Assembly (NCBI GenBank): GCA_013265495.1
Contig: MU058337.1
Coordinates: 6,306,716 to 6,370,715, forward strand
Source of the DNA: Vicugna vicugna
Taxonomy: Eukaryota
Direction of reading: 5' to 3'
DNA length: 64,000 nucleotides
Shown here: piece after piece, positions 39,193 through 52,016 of the stretch
Numbering within the stretch: position 1 is the first letter of the stretch
How the letters are laid out: each line of letters begins with the position of its first letter
The notes under the pieces: model-generated
Seen by the model: only the letters and a program-made list of their open reading frames with translations
Told to the model about the DNA's origin: nothing
The model's database searches: none
Program-made: the position numbers and the translations under genes

Positions 39193-40293
39193 CTCCTAGA
39201 CTTATGATGAAGTCACGTCCTGATAAATGCATCATAAGCTGAAAAATATCGTAAGTTGAGAATGCATTGAATACACCTAATCTACTGAACATCATAACTC
39301 AGTCTAACCTACTTTAAATGTGCTCTGAACACTTAAATTAGCTTATAATTGGGCAAAATCATCTAAACATGAATATATCATGTAATTTGCTAAGTATTGT
39401 ACTGCAAGTGAAAAACTTTCAGTCAGTGAATGAGCAGAGAGAGTTTGCAACTGAATCAACTGTTGACCCTTGTGATCATGTTGCTGACTGGGAACTATGG
39501 CTCGCTTCACTGCCCAGCATCATGAGAGAGGATGGGACCACATACCACTAGACCAGGGAAAAATCAAAATTCAAAGTATGCAGCAATCCCACTCCTGGGC
39601 ATATATCTCAAGGAAATTATAATTCAAAAAGATACATGCACCCCAGTGTTCACAGCAGCAGTATTTACAATAGCCAAGACATAAAAGCAACCTAAATGTA
39701 CATCAACAGATGACTGGATAAAAAAGTTGTGGTATATTTATACAACAGAATACTACTCAGCCATAAAAAAGAATAAAAATACTGCCATTTGCAGCAACAT
39801 GGATGGACCTAGAGATCATCGTACTAAGTGAAGTAAGCCAGAAAGAGAAAGAAAAATACCATATGATATCACTTATATGTGGAATCTAAAAAAAAAGGAC
39901 ACAAATGAACTTATTTACAAAATAGAGAGCCTCACAGACATAGAAAACAAATTTATGGTTATGGGGTGATAAGAAAGGATAAATTGGGAGTTCAGGATTT
40001 ACAGATACTAACTACTATATTTAAATAGATAAACAATAAGGTTCTACTGTATAGCACAGGAAATTATATTTAATATCTTGTAACAGCCTATAATGAAAAG
40101 GAATTTATATATATATACATATGTGTGTGTGTATAACTGAATTACTATGCTATATACCAGAAACTAACAAATTGTAAGTTGATTACACTTCAATAGAAAA
40201 AAAACCCCCAAAATTCAAAGTACAGTTTCTACTGAATGTGTATTGCTTTTGTACCATTATAAAGTTGAACCACTGTAAGTCAGGGACCATCTG
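39193..40293 (+). mobile_element. MER82-like TcMar-Tigger DNA transposon, split in two (39193-39578 and 40210-40293)
   Basis: Left part ctcctagacttatgatg...gaaaaatatcgtaagttgagaatgcattgaatacacctaa resembles MER82. Right terminus gtaagtcagggaccatctg is followed by a TA target. Confidence 0.75.
39579..40209 (+). mobile_element. Younger cetartiodactyl/camelid-type L1 3' end with target-site duplication
   Basis: L1 ORF2 end (gcaatcccactcctgggcatatatc) and 3' UTR. Flanked by an exact direct repeat AAAATTCAAAGTA at 39566-39578 and 40210-40222. Confidence 0.88.
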
Positions 40294-43200
40294 TACTGTC
40301 TTTGGAGAAATGTCTATTTTAGTCCTCTGCCCATTGGAAAGAAAATGGGCTGTTTGTCTTTTTGTTGTTGGATTATGAGTGTTCTTTATATATTCTACAT
40401 ATTAAATCCTTATCAGATATGATTCACAAGTATCTTCTATTCTGCAGTTTGTCATTTCACTTTCTTGATGTCATTTCACTTTCTATGATACACAAAAGCT
40501 ATAATTTTGCTGAAGTCAAATTTATCTGTTTTTTTCTTTTATAGTTTGTGCTTTTGTTATCATTTTGAGATCCCTGCCTAATCCAAGGGCACGAAGATTT
40601 ACACCCATGTCTTCTTCTAATAGTTCTACTATTAAGTTCTTCTAATAGTTTTAACTCTAACATTTAGGTCCTTGATATATTTTGGGTCTACACATTTGTA
40701 TACGGTGTGAAGTCAGGAGGCTTGTGATATTTTTATTTTGTGGTTTCAGTCTTCATCTCTCAACAAAATACAATGAAAATTCCCTGGGAAGAAAAAGTCA
40801 AGAGAAAAGAATGGGCTTACTGCCATCAGCCTCTTCACGCGGCTCTGCCCTAGCCCCTGCTGGGGAGTGGCTGGTGTTGGGCTCTCCTTTTGCCACAGTC
40901 CCATCTACCACCTTCCTCTTTCACCTGTTTCCCCACCTGCTACTGCTGAATTTTCCTCAACTGTATGTGACAGGCCTTGTGTATGGTTTTGTTTGTTTGT
41001 TTTTAGGACCTTGCAAGACTTCCCCATGAGCCTCTGAGGGACCTCAAACCCAAACCTATAGGAAAACGTGGAGCTAGTCCTGAGAAGATTTCCTGTGTGG
41101 GCATAGCTACATGTGGTTTTTACATTTCTTGTTAATTTTATGACTTCATAGTGGGGCTTTGAGGTACACTTTGCACACAACTCTTTAAAAGGCAAAGTAT
41201 TTGCTTACTAAAGCTTGTGTAGCCTTTCTCAATGCCAATAGCCACCACCAGGCTCAGATTTGACTGGACCTCTGGAGTCTGCAAGTTCATGGCTCTTCCT
41301 ACTCATTATTTCCTTTGTTCTCACTCATTGCTTGTTCTCAGCCTCAGAAGGGCAAAGTTATTTCTGTTTTCTAGCAGGGTGCCAGAGGCACTGGCATGAA
41401 ATTTGCTCCAAGTGAGACAATCTGAGTGAGGAACGGGGTGCTCTGGCATGCTCTCTTCTGAGGGGGCCATTAGCCATGTCTACATAATGGGGAGGATCCA
41501 GAGGAAAACTGAACAATGTCATCACTCATTAGCTGTTCTATGTACTTGAGGCCAAACCACCAGGTACTTGAAAACATTTAGATACCTGATAGGATTTGTC
41601 CTTTAAAAAAAAAAAGTGTTTGTGATTATGAAAAGAAAATTTCCTGAATACTATTCTTACATTCTGCCTGATGTCCCTGGTCTGGTGTAATTAAAATTTT
41701 TTAATGAGAAGGAGAGAGATCAATCACATGCTATCCACTGAGCTCAGTGCCAGGGACAGGTATGGGGGGTAGGGAAAGATACATAAATCACTCTGTACTG
41801 ATACATGCATCAACAGAGGAAAGTATCATCTAGTTGTGGCACTGAAAGGCCCACAGAATGAGAAGTGAAATAACAGGTCCAGGCAGTGGAACAGACAATA
41901 GGGTCATGGGACTCAGAGGCAGCAGAGGGAGCACCTCAGGCTGAGACGGGAGGCAGATGAGGTGAGGGTTTCAATAGGTGCACTGAGGAGGGGGGAGCAC
42001 CCAGCAGAGAGCCGGTAAAGGGCAGGGGCAGTAACAGTGAGTGAATAAAAAGGCAGATGATCATATGAGATTAGGGAGGGAAGGTGCCAGCATGAGGAGA
42101 TGGAAAGAAAGACAGGAGATTCCCAAGCAAGCAGGGATGAGCCCATGGTTTAGGAATACGAGGGCTGAGGCCCTGTTCCTTTGGGAAAGGACAGGGTGAT
42201 GGGGGATGTGGGACAAGAATCACAGTTCAGATGAGGAAGTAGCTTCCACAGCGGAAGCTGCCTGGTGCTCAGGCCTGGAAAGGGGGAAGGTCCACCCCAC
42301 AGCCCCTCAAGCACTAAGTGGAGAAGGTCCCTGCTTGGGCCCGTCCTGGCCACGGGCAACTTCCCCATCCCTGGAGCACAAGCTTTTATTGCAAGAGGGC
42401 CTCCAGTCTCAGAGTTACTCTTGTTGTCTTTGGAGCGGGTGTTTGTACGCAAGTTTCAGACCCGTGGGATTCATAGCACCGTACCCTGGAAGCGAAACAG
42501 AAAGTCCACGCAGAGTGGGACGGCCGGCCCACCTAGGTCCCTGCGTCCCGGCCCTCTGACAGGGTGAAGGTGGCTCCCTTCCCACCTGGTGCAAAGCACA
42601 GCCCCAAGCAAAGCTGCCCTCTCCCCCTTGGCTTGCTCTATTTGTGTCTGGCGACTTCTCCGGGTTCGAGGAGTAATTAACTGTTTTGGTTTAAAAGCCC
42701 TCCTGCTGGGTTGCAGTCTGCGTGGGAGAATAAAAGTAAACAAGCAAAAGGGAACTGTGTCATCAAAGAACTCTGCACTTACCTTTCTTCATTATAAGGA
42801 TAAAAACGCTGCCATGTGCCACAGGCATCATGGATTCACCCACGCAGGCAGGGCCATGGGCCTTTCATGCTTCTTTAACAGTAAATCAGGAGTGACTGGT
42901 TCATAATGTAATGAGGCAGCCTTGCCATGGTTCCAGATACCCATCAGGTATCAGCCGTGTCACCTGTCCTGGCCTGAGACGTTTTACTGGGAAGCTCTCA
43001 ACATATTTTGGCTGATGATTTACTTCCATTACCTCTCACACCAGTGGTGAGATATACTGCCAGAAATGGATTCAAATGGTCCCCTTATTGTATCAAGAAC
43101 CAGTTATTTTTTTTTTTTTAAAAAGCCAAAGCTTCTTTGCTTCTATGGAGGAAAACGTTTGTTTCCCTGCCCATCACCAAATTTTGGAGGCAAGTCGGAC

Positions 43201-45969
43201 TGCTTCTCTCCGAGGCTGCGCTAAGGTAGGTTATGAAGGAGTTGGGCTGCGCCCACGGTGCTGCTGGGAAATTCCTGTCTGTGTGCCAAGTGCTTCAACA
43301 ACACTTCGTTAAGGTGCTGACACAAAGAATCTTGTCTCCGTAAGTAGGAGGTTATAAAAGCTTACAGACAGAGTATACATGTCTAATGATAAGGCACAAA
43401 CAGCCCTGCAATTAAGCAAACCAAGCTGACAGGGACCTGAGCTAGCGGAAGGCTCAAGGCCTTGACTTCTACTCTGGGCAGGAAGCTTTTACCCATGGCA
43501 GAGAGCATCCCAAACAGGATTCTTTCTATTCCTTAATGTTAATTAGTCTTCCCAGCAGCCATGAATGAAGAAATCAGGTCACTGAATAAGCTCTGTGATG
43601 GCACAAATAGAACATAAAAAAGTAGTCCTTATGGGACACTAAACTGGATCATTTTTTCGCACAAAATGCTTTTTTAAGGTAGGTGAGGCTTTCAAACTCA
43701 AAGGAATTTTAAAACTCCCCACACAACATTACCAGTTGGTTCCACTTTTGTGTATTTTGATTTGTCGCTCAAATATACATTCATAGCCTCATTTTATAGG
43801 AGCTGATAATTTATTTTTCATGCCTTGTTTGTCTTGCTTCCTAATTATTTCCCAAAGAAAGCGGTAATTAAAAGAAGACCCCATTTCTTTTAGGTGGCAA
43901 ATGTACAGGTATTTTAAAGGGTAGAACTTTCCCACCTTATTCCTTATCCATTTTTAGTGTAAAATCAACAAGGAAGAGAAAAGAAAAATATAATGTGTAA
44001 AATGGAAGAGTGGAGGATAATGATGGCCATCAGAACATTCTATTTTTAAAAAGGCAGATTCTGCGCTTTGAGAACTAAGGTTTAGGTACAGAGAAGGGCC
44101 CTTCTCAAGGACCCGGCCACCTGGAGGCTCTTCTCTGCTGACTGCCACAGCATAGGCCACAATTCCTCTGAAAACAGGTCCTGGGAGACAGTGGCAGAGC
44201 CCAGAGTCCTCTTCTCTAGCTACGGACACAGACCTTCTGTAATTAAATGTTTTCCTCGAGAAAATGCTAATAAAACAATGCAATGGCAGGCACCACACTC
44301 GGTCTTCATTGCGTTTTACACCTTTTCCTCTTGCCAGCTCTTCACACAGACTTTTTCCACGGCTTCGTTCCTTCGCCCGTGCCAGGCAGGCTCACTGTGG
44401 AACCACTTGGGTTTTCTTCTCTCTTTTTGTGCCCAGTAAATTTTCATAAAGCATTTAACATGAGAACAAGCAGGTTAATTTGCCGTGCCGGTGAGCCAGG
44501 CTCTCGGAAGGCTCCCCGCAACACTGTCATGTTTTGGCGCCAGAGTCAGAGGCCTCAGTCCCAGTGGCGAGGATGCTTGCCAGAGCCTTCTCTGTGCAGA
44601 CACCAGGTGTGATTTAACATAACAGACTGTGTGGACGCTCAGCGGCTTCTCTAACCCATGCGTCAGAAGCAAATCACAGTCTTTGTGCGAGAGGAAGATG
44701 AAAAGTCTCATGGGCTAGAAGTTCTGCCAGGAAAGGCTTCTGGACAGAGAAGAAATGGAAAATCATCCTATCTTGCAACAAACACCTGGTTTCAGGAACG
44801 CTGAGGTTCTTCTTCATGGTATCTGTACCTTGTTAAAATCCCCTGTCATATCACACTGCTCTTTTCCTCTAACAACAGGTAGGCAATGAAAACCAAAGCT
44901 TTTTTTTTTTCATATGTGAACAGAATATACAAAAAATAGAATTATAAGGAAATTAAGAAACTCACTGAATCCAGTCTTTGATCTATACCTCGTCAGTTGC
45001 TGAACCAGGCATGAAGCCCTGGTGGACACTGACTTTGCACGCTGATGCTGTAGGTATCAGCCTTCACAGCAATGATGAAGGTGGCGGAGGAAGGCCCAGA
45101 GGGAAGAAGCCAAGCTTGGTGGCCAGCACAGTGTAGTCCCAGGGGTGAGAACAGCAAGCTCCCCACAGACGGCAAGCTTAGTCAAAAGGACGGGCCCAAA
45201 GCAGATGTACAGATTGCCCTACAGGGAGAGTGGCTGAGGTCACATGAACATGATTTTAGGACAAGCTTAGCAAACACAACTGCTGGAATTAGCAGCCTTT
45301 TTGTCCAGACCACTACCACAGGGCAATTTAATGCTCAGTATGTAGAGTTAGTTAATAGAGAGGACCAGTGGTGTCTGAATGCTGAGCGATACAGCTTTGG
45401 AATGAAGTCTGTGTGCGCAGACATTCAAAATCACCCGAAAGCGATGACGTACATGTACACACAGTTCAAAGGGCTTATGTCTCATTTGTCCTCACAGCAG
45501 TGCTGAGGTGTAGACAGGGCCGGTATTATCCACGTTTGCCTGAAGAACATGGGGGTTATAAGACTGAACTTATCCCACAGCTAGTCAGCAGTCAAGACGA
45601 GGAAGAACTTACATGTCAGGCTCCCAGTCTTGCGCGCTGTCTGCAGAACTCCTCTTTGTATCTTATAGAGTCTATGATTTACCCAATAGCCTACAATGAA
45701 CTATTCATTTTCTGCTTACACTCAGTAGAGGAGATTCTGTGGATGGCTACCCGGAACCCTGGCTGATAAGGGGATCATAGACATGTGCCTCATACCATCT
45801 GTCCTTTTCATACAATAGGCAGGAAACATTTTATGTAGGGGATAATCTACATAACCATTTGCTATGAATGCAGAGTATTCTATTGCATGGACATGTCATA
45901 GTTTATCTAATCAATTCTCTAATGATTAAGATGTAAATTTTCCCTGATTTTTTTTTTTTTGCTATTAAT

Positions 45970-46220
45970 TAATTTTATTCAACAGATATTTACTGAATAC
46001 TCGTCACGTGCCAGGTACTACTTTAGGTGATGGAGATAACAACTCCCTGCCTACACAGAACTTATGCTCCTGTCAGGAAAACAACTAATAAGCAAGTAAA
46101 CCAATAAATAAATGCAGGCTGTGAAAAGATCTAGTAAGGGAACAGAACTTAGTAATGAGGGGAAGATGCTTGAGATGAGGTGGCAAAGCAGCTTCTCTGA
46201 GGATGTGACATTTGCCCTGA
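45970..46220 (-). mobile_element. L2 LINE 3' fragment
   Basis: attcaacagatatttactgaatac...gtgccaggtactactttaggtgatggagata...gcttctctgaggatgtgacattt. Confidence 0.65.
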
Positions 46221-49200
46221 TACCTAAAAGATTATACACAAAGCTGTAATAAATATCCCCAAACATGCAGCTTACAGCACTTGTCTGGATAGTCCCTCAG
46301 GATAAATCCTAGAAGTGCAAATGCAAAGTCAGATCACATGCTCATTTAGGCACCAAAAGAATGACTGTGAAGTTCCAACTCTCAGAGCCTCCTTCTAAAC
46401 CGGTTTTGAATCCAGCAAGTCAAGGTTTCAGTCCCAACTGGGCTAACGATTGGCTAAGAGACTGGACAGTCTCTGAAAAATGGGGACAATAAAAGTGCCT
46501 GACTCAGGAATTAGTGAGAATTAAAAACGGTACAACATAAGTGGTTAATAAATGTTAGATTAAAAAAATACATGCTCATTCAAACACATACACTAAAATA
46601 AACTGCTGTTTTTAAAAGGGCTGTACAAATTTAAATCCCATATCCTGGTGCCCACCTACTTGGGGTTGGTTCTGAGCTCATACTAACTTCAGCTGTTTTC
46701 AGTAACCCGGCGCCGCACTCCAGGACTGCAGCCACGAGAGGACGGGGATGGTATCTCATGCCTCTCATGTCCCTAGTGCCCAAACGAAAGGAAGACACAG
46801 GGGACTCGTCTCCTTGCACTGAGGACGGTCCTCAAAGAAGCCAATACACTCACAGACAAGGGGAACTAGCTTGTCCACTGAATTGTAGACCTTTCATTTA
46901 TATGAAATCAGATCTCGAGATATCTGAAGTCTACTCTCAATGGGCGCCACGGGCTTCAGTTTGCTGGATTCTGCAGGGGGGCAGGTAAGTCTACTGTGCT
47001 CACCGTTACTTGATAAAAAAAACCACAAATAGTAACCTGCTGAATGTTTTGTTTCAATTTAGAAGCCCCAAACCTGGAATCTTGAATCAGTGCCTTGGCA
47101 GGAATGGAAGGCCATAGGTTGCAGATGGCAAATGACTCACTGCAATCTGAAAGGATTGATACTGTTGGTACAAAAACATGACCACGTTCCCTTTCTTCCT
47201 TTGTCCATCTGGTGCTGCTGTGGTTTAGGACTGAGGATGATTTTAAAGATTTAAATTTGGACTGCACGTAAGTTGTTTCTCAAGCCACATGGAATATGTT
47301 TTGGCAACAAGCACTACTTTTGGTGCTGTCTAAGAAGGCAGTAAAGAACAAAAATTTTCTAATCTTTTTTCGGGTTGTATGCATATGTCAACTTTTAGAA
47401 TGGAGGTAGTTGTGAGTAAGGTAGTGAATTATATACAGTGAGTTAATTTCTTCTTCTTTTTTTTTTTTTTTTAAGAAGGGAGAGCAAGGGTTAGGGAGGA
47501 GAATGAAGGAATGATGACTGTAAGGAAAAGTGCCAGAATATCTCCTGGTTTCTCTGATCATCTTAGGTATGTTAGTCTTGTCTCCATAACCAGACAGATG
47601 AGATAAGCTCGTTGGGGTCAGATCGTGATTTGAAGCCCTCAGAGTTCCTAGCATAGTATGGGGCACAGAGTAGCTGTCCTACCTGGGAACTAAAACTGGT
47701 ATGATTAACTTGAGAGTCAGATGGGGGATCTAGTCTCCCCGGCTTCCTGCCCCTGCCACACATGCATGCACACACGAAGCATCGTTTCTTCCACATCTGT
47801 GAGGGTCCTGCAGCAAGAAGCAGTGCCCCATCCTTAGGTCTGGTGGATTCTTTCTTATATTTTGTGAACATGATCAGTTACAGGTCCTGGAGTAAGAAAC
47901 ACAGAGACTCAGTCTAAGAGTTGGGAGGGGTCTTTAAAGATATCCCCAGGAAGCTATGTCTAGGCAGGACCCCCTTCTATCCTCTTGGTTGGTTATTATT
48001 CTGCTTCTGTGTGAACATGGCCACTGGGCAGCTCTTCAGATACCTGAGGATGGTTATTATGTTTCCTGAGTCTTGTGTCTTCAAACACTCCTAGGTCTAA
48101 TAATTGTCTCTCTGGAAGCGCATGATGCAGATTCAACATCCTCTCACTTCTGAGTTGCCCCCCTCTGGACATGCCCAGATTTGGGGATGACACGCCCTCC
48201 CACTGTTTTTCATCTGGGTGTTATGCCCAGCCTGTGACAGCATTATGTTCCAACTGGCTGGCCACACAGGAGACTCATAAGAAGGCTGATAAAAAGTTTT
48301 GGCTGATTATAATGTTAGACTAACTCTTCAGCCACTCAGTGTGTTTAACAACATGGCTTCCATTGCAGCCTTCTTAAATCCAGTCATTCTTGATACCAGT
48401 TTTTCAAAAAGGTTTTAAGAATGCTAAATGTTTAATAACACAGTAATGTGGAAGATTACTGGATTTCATAAAAGCTTAGCTTTCTTCCTAGGATAAGCAA
48501 CACGTGTATTAAGGATTATTATTTTTATTATTATTTTGCAACTCACTTGTCTCTGCCAGGGAAAATATGCCACAAATGGCAGCATTCCCAAGATAAAAAT
48601 TTGAGGTGTCTGGGGGCCTCGGTTTCTAAACCTGCAAGATGAGCCCTGAATTTCTTTCTGGCTTTGACATTCTGTCTTCTCTGTATAGCCTGCTATGGTC
48701 AGTTGTCTCAAGAGAACCCCTTCCTTACAATAGTAGAAATATGTGCATTTATTACTTCCTTTTTGGGTAGAAATAATAACATTCTGCTGGCCTAATATTT
48801 TAAAGGTAGAAGAGTGCAAAATAGATAATGTTTTGAGTGTTCTTTTGTTTTAAATATAAAAGCTTTCAAAATTTGTCATTTTAGATGTAATAAGGTTTTT
48901 AAAAGTTAGCTGAAACATATTATTTAGCTTTATAAGTACACTAATACATAATTATTTATCCATAATCAAAGAACAGATAATGCCTACCAATCTTTAAACT
49001 GCGTAAAAGAAGCATTAATGGATATAAAAACACTGGGATTTTGAGAACTTAAAACTAGTTGGTTTGGAGGAGGGCAAATCAGTAAATAAACCAAAGTTTG
49101 TAGTTTTTAAGATCCATTTTTCATTTATAGTTAAGAAGCTATATGATGAACCTTTCAAAGTATTTAGCATTGCATTTCTCTGCTCTTCTTGGTATTTGAC

Positions 49201-49479
49201 TTCCTTGATTGGTTTGGGTGGGGCTTAGGTATTTTTCAAGGCTCCTCTGGTGATTCTGATGGACAGTCATGGTTGAGTACCCTCCCCCTAAAGGCACATG
49301 CAAACGCCTTGCCTGCTGGCAAGCAGCCCTCAAGGCACAGGTGAAGAAAAGCCTACCTGGGGAGAGGAACCCAGCAGCCTCTTAACATTTGCCAGAAGCC
49401 TTCAAGGGCAGGCATCACATGGTGGTTGCACAGGGGTGTGGCAGAGACTGCTAATGGCCCCAGCATTCATCCTCCCCTT

Positions 49480-49870
49480 TTCCTTTGACTTTTAGCAGAG
49501 CACATGTTCTCCCTTTAAAAGCCTGCATTTCCCAGCTGTACTTGCAGTTAAGATGTGAATGGAACATAACTTTGTGCGCAACGCAGAATCTCTTAAAAGG
49601 AAGCCACTTGCCCTCCACTCTCTTTTCTTCCATCTCACAGGCTGGAACTCAAACATGGTATGAAGTCAGTCTCAGCCATGCATATCAGGGTGTCAGAGCA
49701 ACAAGGCAGAAGCAAGATGGGTCTCTGGATGACCTCAAGGAGGAGGGCTGCTTCCCTGCTTGGACCACCCACCTGCCTCTGAACTGCTAGGTGAGAGAGA
49801 AGTAAACTTCATTCAGTTTGAGTCACGGTAGCTTTGGGGATTTTTGTTGTGGTGGTGGTAGCTGAGCCTG
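49480..49870. mobile_element. Old MLT1 (ERVL-MaLR) LTR
   Basis: gtgagagagaagtaaacttcattcagtttgagtcac...ggggatttttgttg resembles the MLT1 3' portion. Confidence 0.5.
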
Positions 49871-51012
49871 TGCACTAACACAGAAGGAGAGAATAATCAA
49901 CCGCATGTGCAGGACGGGGTGATGGTGAGAGTAGGGTACACAGCAGGAGCAAGAAGACTGTCTGGGGAGATGTAACATATAAAGATAGGCTCTGCTACCA
50001 AGTCCTGTTTTCCAGCCTCTGAGCCCTGAGCATTGACTGGCAATCCTCTTCCTGGTCCTGGATAATTCCCCTCCTCCCGTCTCTGTGTGTCGGCTGGGAG
50101 CTGGCGGGCTGTGTTCTAACAATGGAAGGAGAAGACGCAGGAGGAACCACAGGTGGAATTTTGGCGGGGGTGTGTGTGTGTGTAGATGATTAATTTGGTT
50201 TTGGATGTGTTTGTTTAGGGCCTCAATGAATAATACCTTTTGACCATCAAAGTTCTGAACCAACAGAATAATAAGAGAAAAGAGTCAGCAGGGGGAGGAT
50301 TAAAACATCTTCTTTATTTCTCATAAAAGCTAGGTTAGGGACACAGTTTAGTGAAAGAGTCATGCTGGCTTCCGAATACTGAACCCTGGAGTTGGATTGG
50401 CCATTATACAGCTATGGCAGTAGCTCAAAGATTTTGCTATAATGTAACATTTAGGGTTTACTTAATCCTTCTGTCCCTTTAAATGATAAGAACTGATAGA
50501 ATAAAGAAGTATAAACTAATTAAATATATATGACAATATTTCAAGATATGTTAAACTTTTATATTAACTTATAATGTTTACATAATGCATTTTCATTTTA
50601 AAATTTCCCACCCTTCCTCCCCTACGTCCTTCCTTTCTTTTTCCTTTTCTTTGTTTTTTGCTTTAAGAGCTCTGATATGACATATCCCACAAGCTGGCTG
50701 TTGGCTTCCATTGGTGGTCAAATGGAGCCATTATTGGGTGTTTTGCTCCTACTCTGTAACTACCAGATACCAAAAGTTATCATGAAACGCACACTCCTCA
50801 TTCTGATTGTGACCAGTAGTAAATGACCAGCTTGCCTGTCCATGTAGGGGATGGGTTCTTGAGCTCCCTTGGAAGATAACTTCAGGACTAGAAAAATCTG
50901 TCTGACAGTAAACTTCCTTTCCAGGGTATTTCTCAGTTTTAATATAAAACTGAACAGAATGACTCAAATCCAATATAAGTACGCATTCTCTATGCACTTG
51001 CCCCGTCAGTCC

Positions 51013-51031
51013 TTGCCGCCATCTAGTGAAA
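51013..51031 (-). promoter_or_regulatory. Candidate CTCF site
   Basis: Minus strand TCACTAGATGGCGG matches the CCASYAGRKGGCRS core at 13/14 positions. Confidence 0.55.
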
Positions 51032-52016
51032 TGACTTATCTATATTTTGGTTTCCTCTACCTGGCTAGCATACCATACCTATATTTAATAAATGTTTGTT
51101 GAACTGAATTGAATAATAAGAAAGAGAAGTAGAAGTAAGGTAACAGTGGGGTCAGGTCTAAGGTGAGTTCTTTCAAGAGATCATCTTAAGGTATGGAAAA
51201 GGAGAAACCAGTTGTACATCCTAGTGGTTGGCACCATGGTAATAGAGAAATGTCAGGAAGAAAAAAGATGAGAACAAGGTAAATGCTTTCATAGCTTTCC
51301 TACTGGAAATCAACCATCAAAGCTAAGTTGCTTAGATACTGAAACTGGATTATGAAAAATAAACAAGCACACAATGTACCGTCATTTAAAAATCACTTGT
51401 TTGGAAATAAATAAATCCAATATTGTCACCAACACTGTAAGCTGTTCACCCTTAATTGTGAGTTAGTAAGTTGATAAACATCATATTATAAATTTGAAAT
51501 GAAAATTGTTGGAAAAGTTATTAAAAGATGTACTGAGACAGAACTCTGAGAACAGGCCAACAAATTTGGGCCAAAAGACCAGATAGTTGACTACTTAATA
51601 AATGTACAATAAAACAGCAGAATTTTATTGATTTTGTCTCTATGAAGCTAAAATACCCTAAAACAGAGAGGTTACTAAAGAGTGTGGATCTGGTACAGAA
51701 ATGAATACTAAAACAAAGCTGGAGATAGAGAAATGAAGTCCTTTTCTCTGATAGTGGGGTGTTTCCTTCTACCAAGAACTTAAGAAAATGATGGTTCATT
51801 CAGAAGGTGGTCTTTATAGACAGTCATGAGAGCAAAAAAAAAAAATGTTTATTTCAAAAAGTTCTAATATTTCTATTTAATAATTTTATTAATATGTTTT
51901 AAGTCAGCATTCTTTGATCTGTATTATTAGTAAGACTGACCATGATGTTAATAGAAAAAGAGATATTGGAGTTCCCAATTAATTCTGTCCATCCTTTGAA
52001 ACATACTCCTCTGAAG

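Larger units (their letters stand above)
38890..40720 (-). mobile_element. Old LINE-1 fragment (antisense), interrupted at 39193-40295 by MER82 and a younger L1
   Basis: Minus ORF VQPLWKTVWQILKKLNIEL. Antisense L1 text stops at gcatttctcc (39.19 kb) and resumes at ctttggagaaatgtctat (40.30 kb). Confidence 0.85.

Noticed and set aside
37685..39242. ORFs with L1 ORF2 similarity as functional genes
   Set aside because: Short, frameshifted remnants of truncated LINE-1 copies.
33700..41995. Exact 18-bp repeat GTGCACTGAGGAGGGGGG at 33700-33717 and 41978-41995
   Set aside because: Only slightly longer than expected by chance in 64 kb, one third is a G run, and the flanks do not align.
45072..50263. 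Longest intronic ORFs (144 aa at 45072+, 146 aa at 49823-)
   Set aside because: No recognisable domain, partly overlapping or abutting MIR/MLT/simple repeats, and within chance length for 64 kb in six frames.
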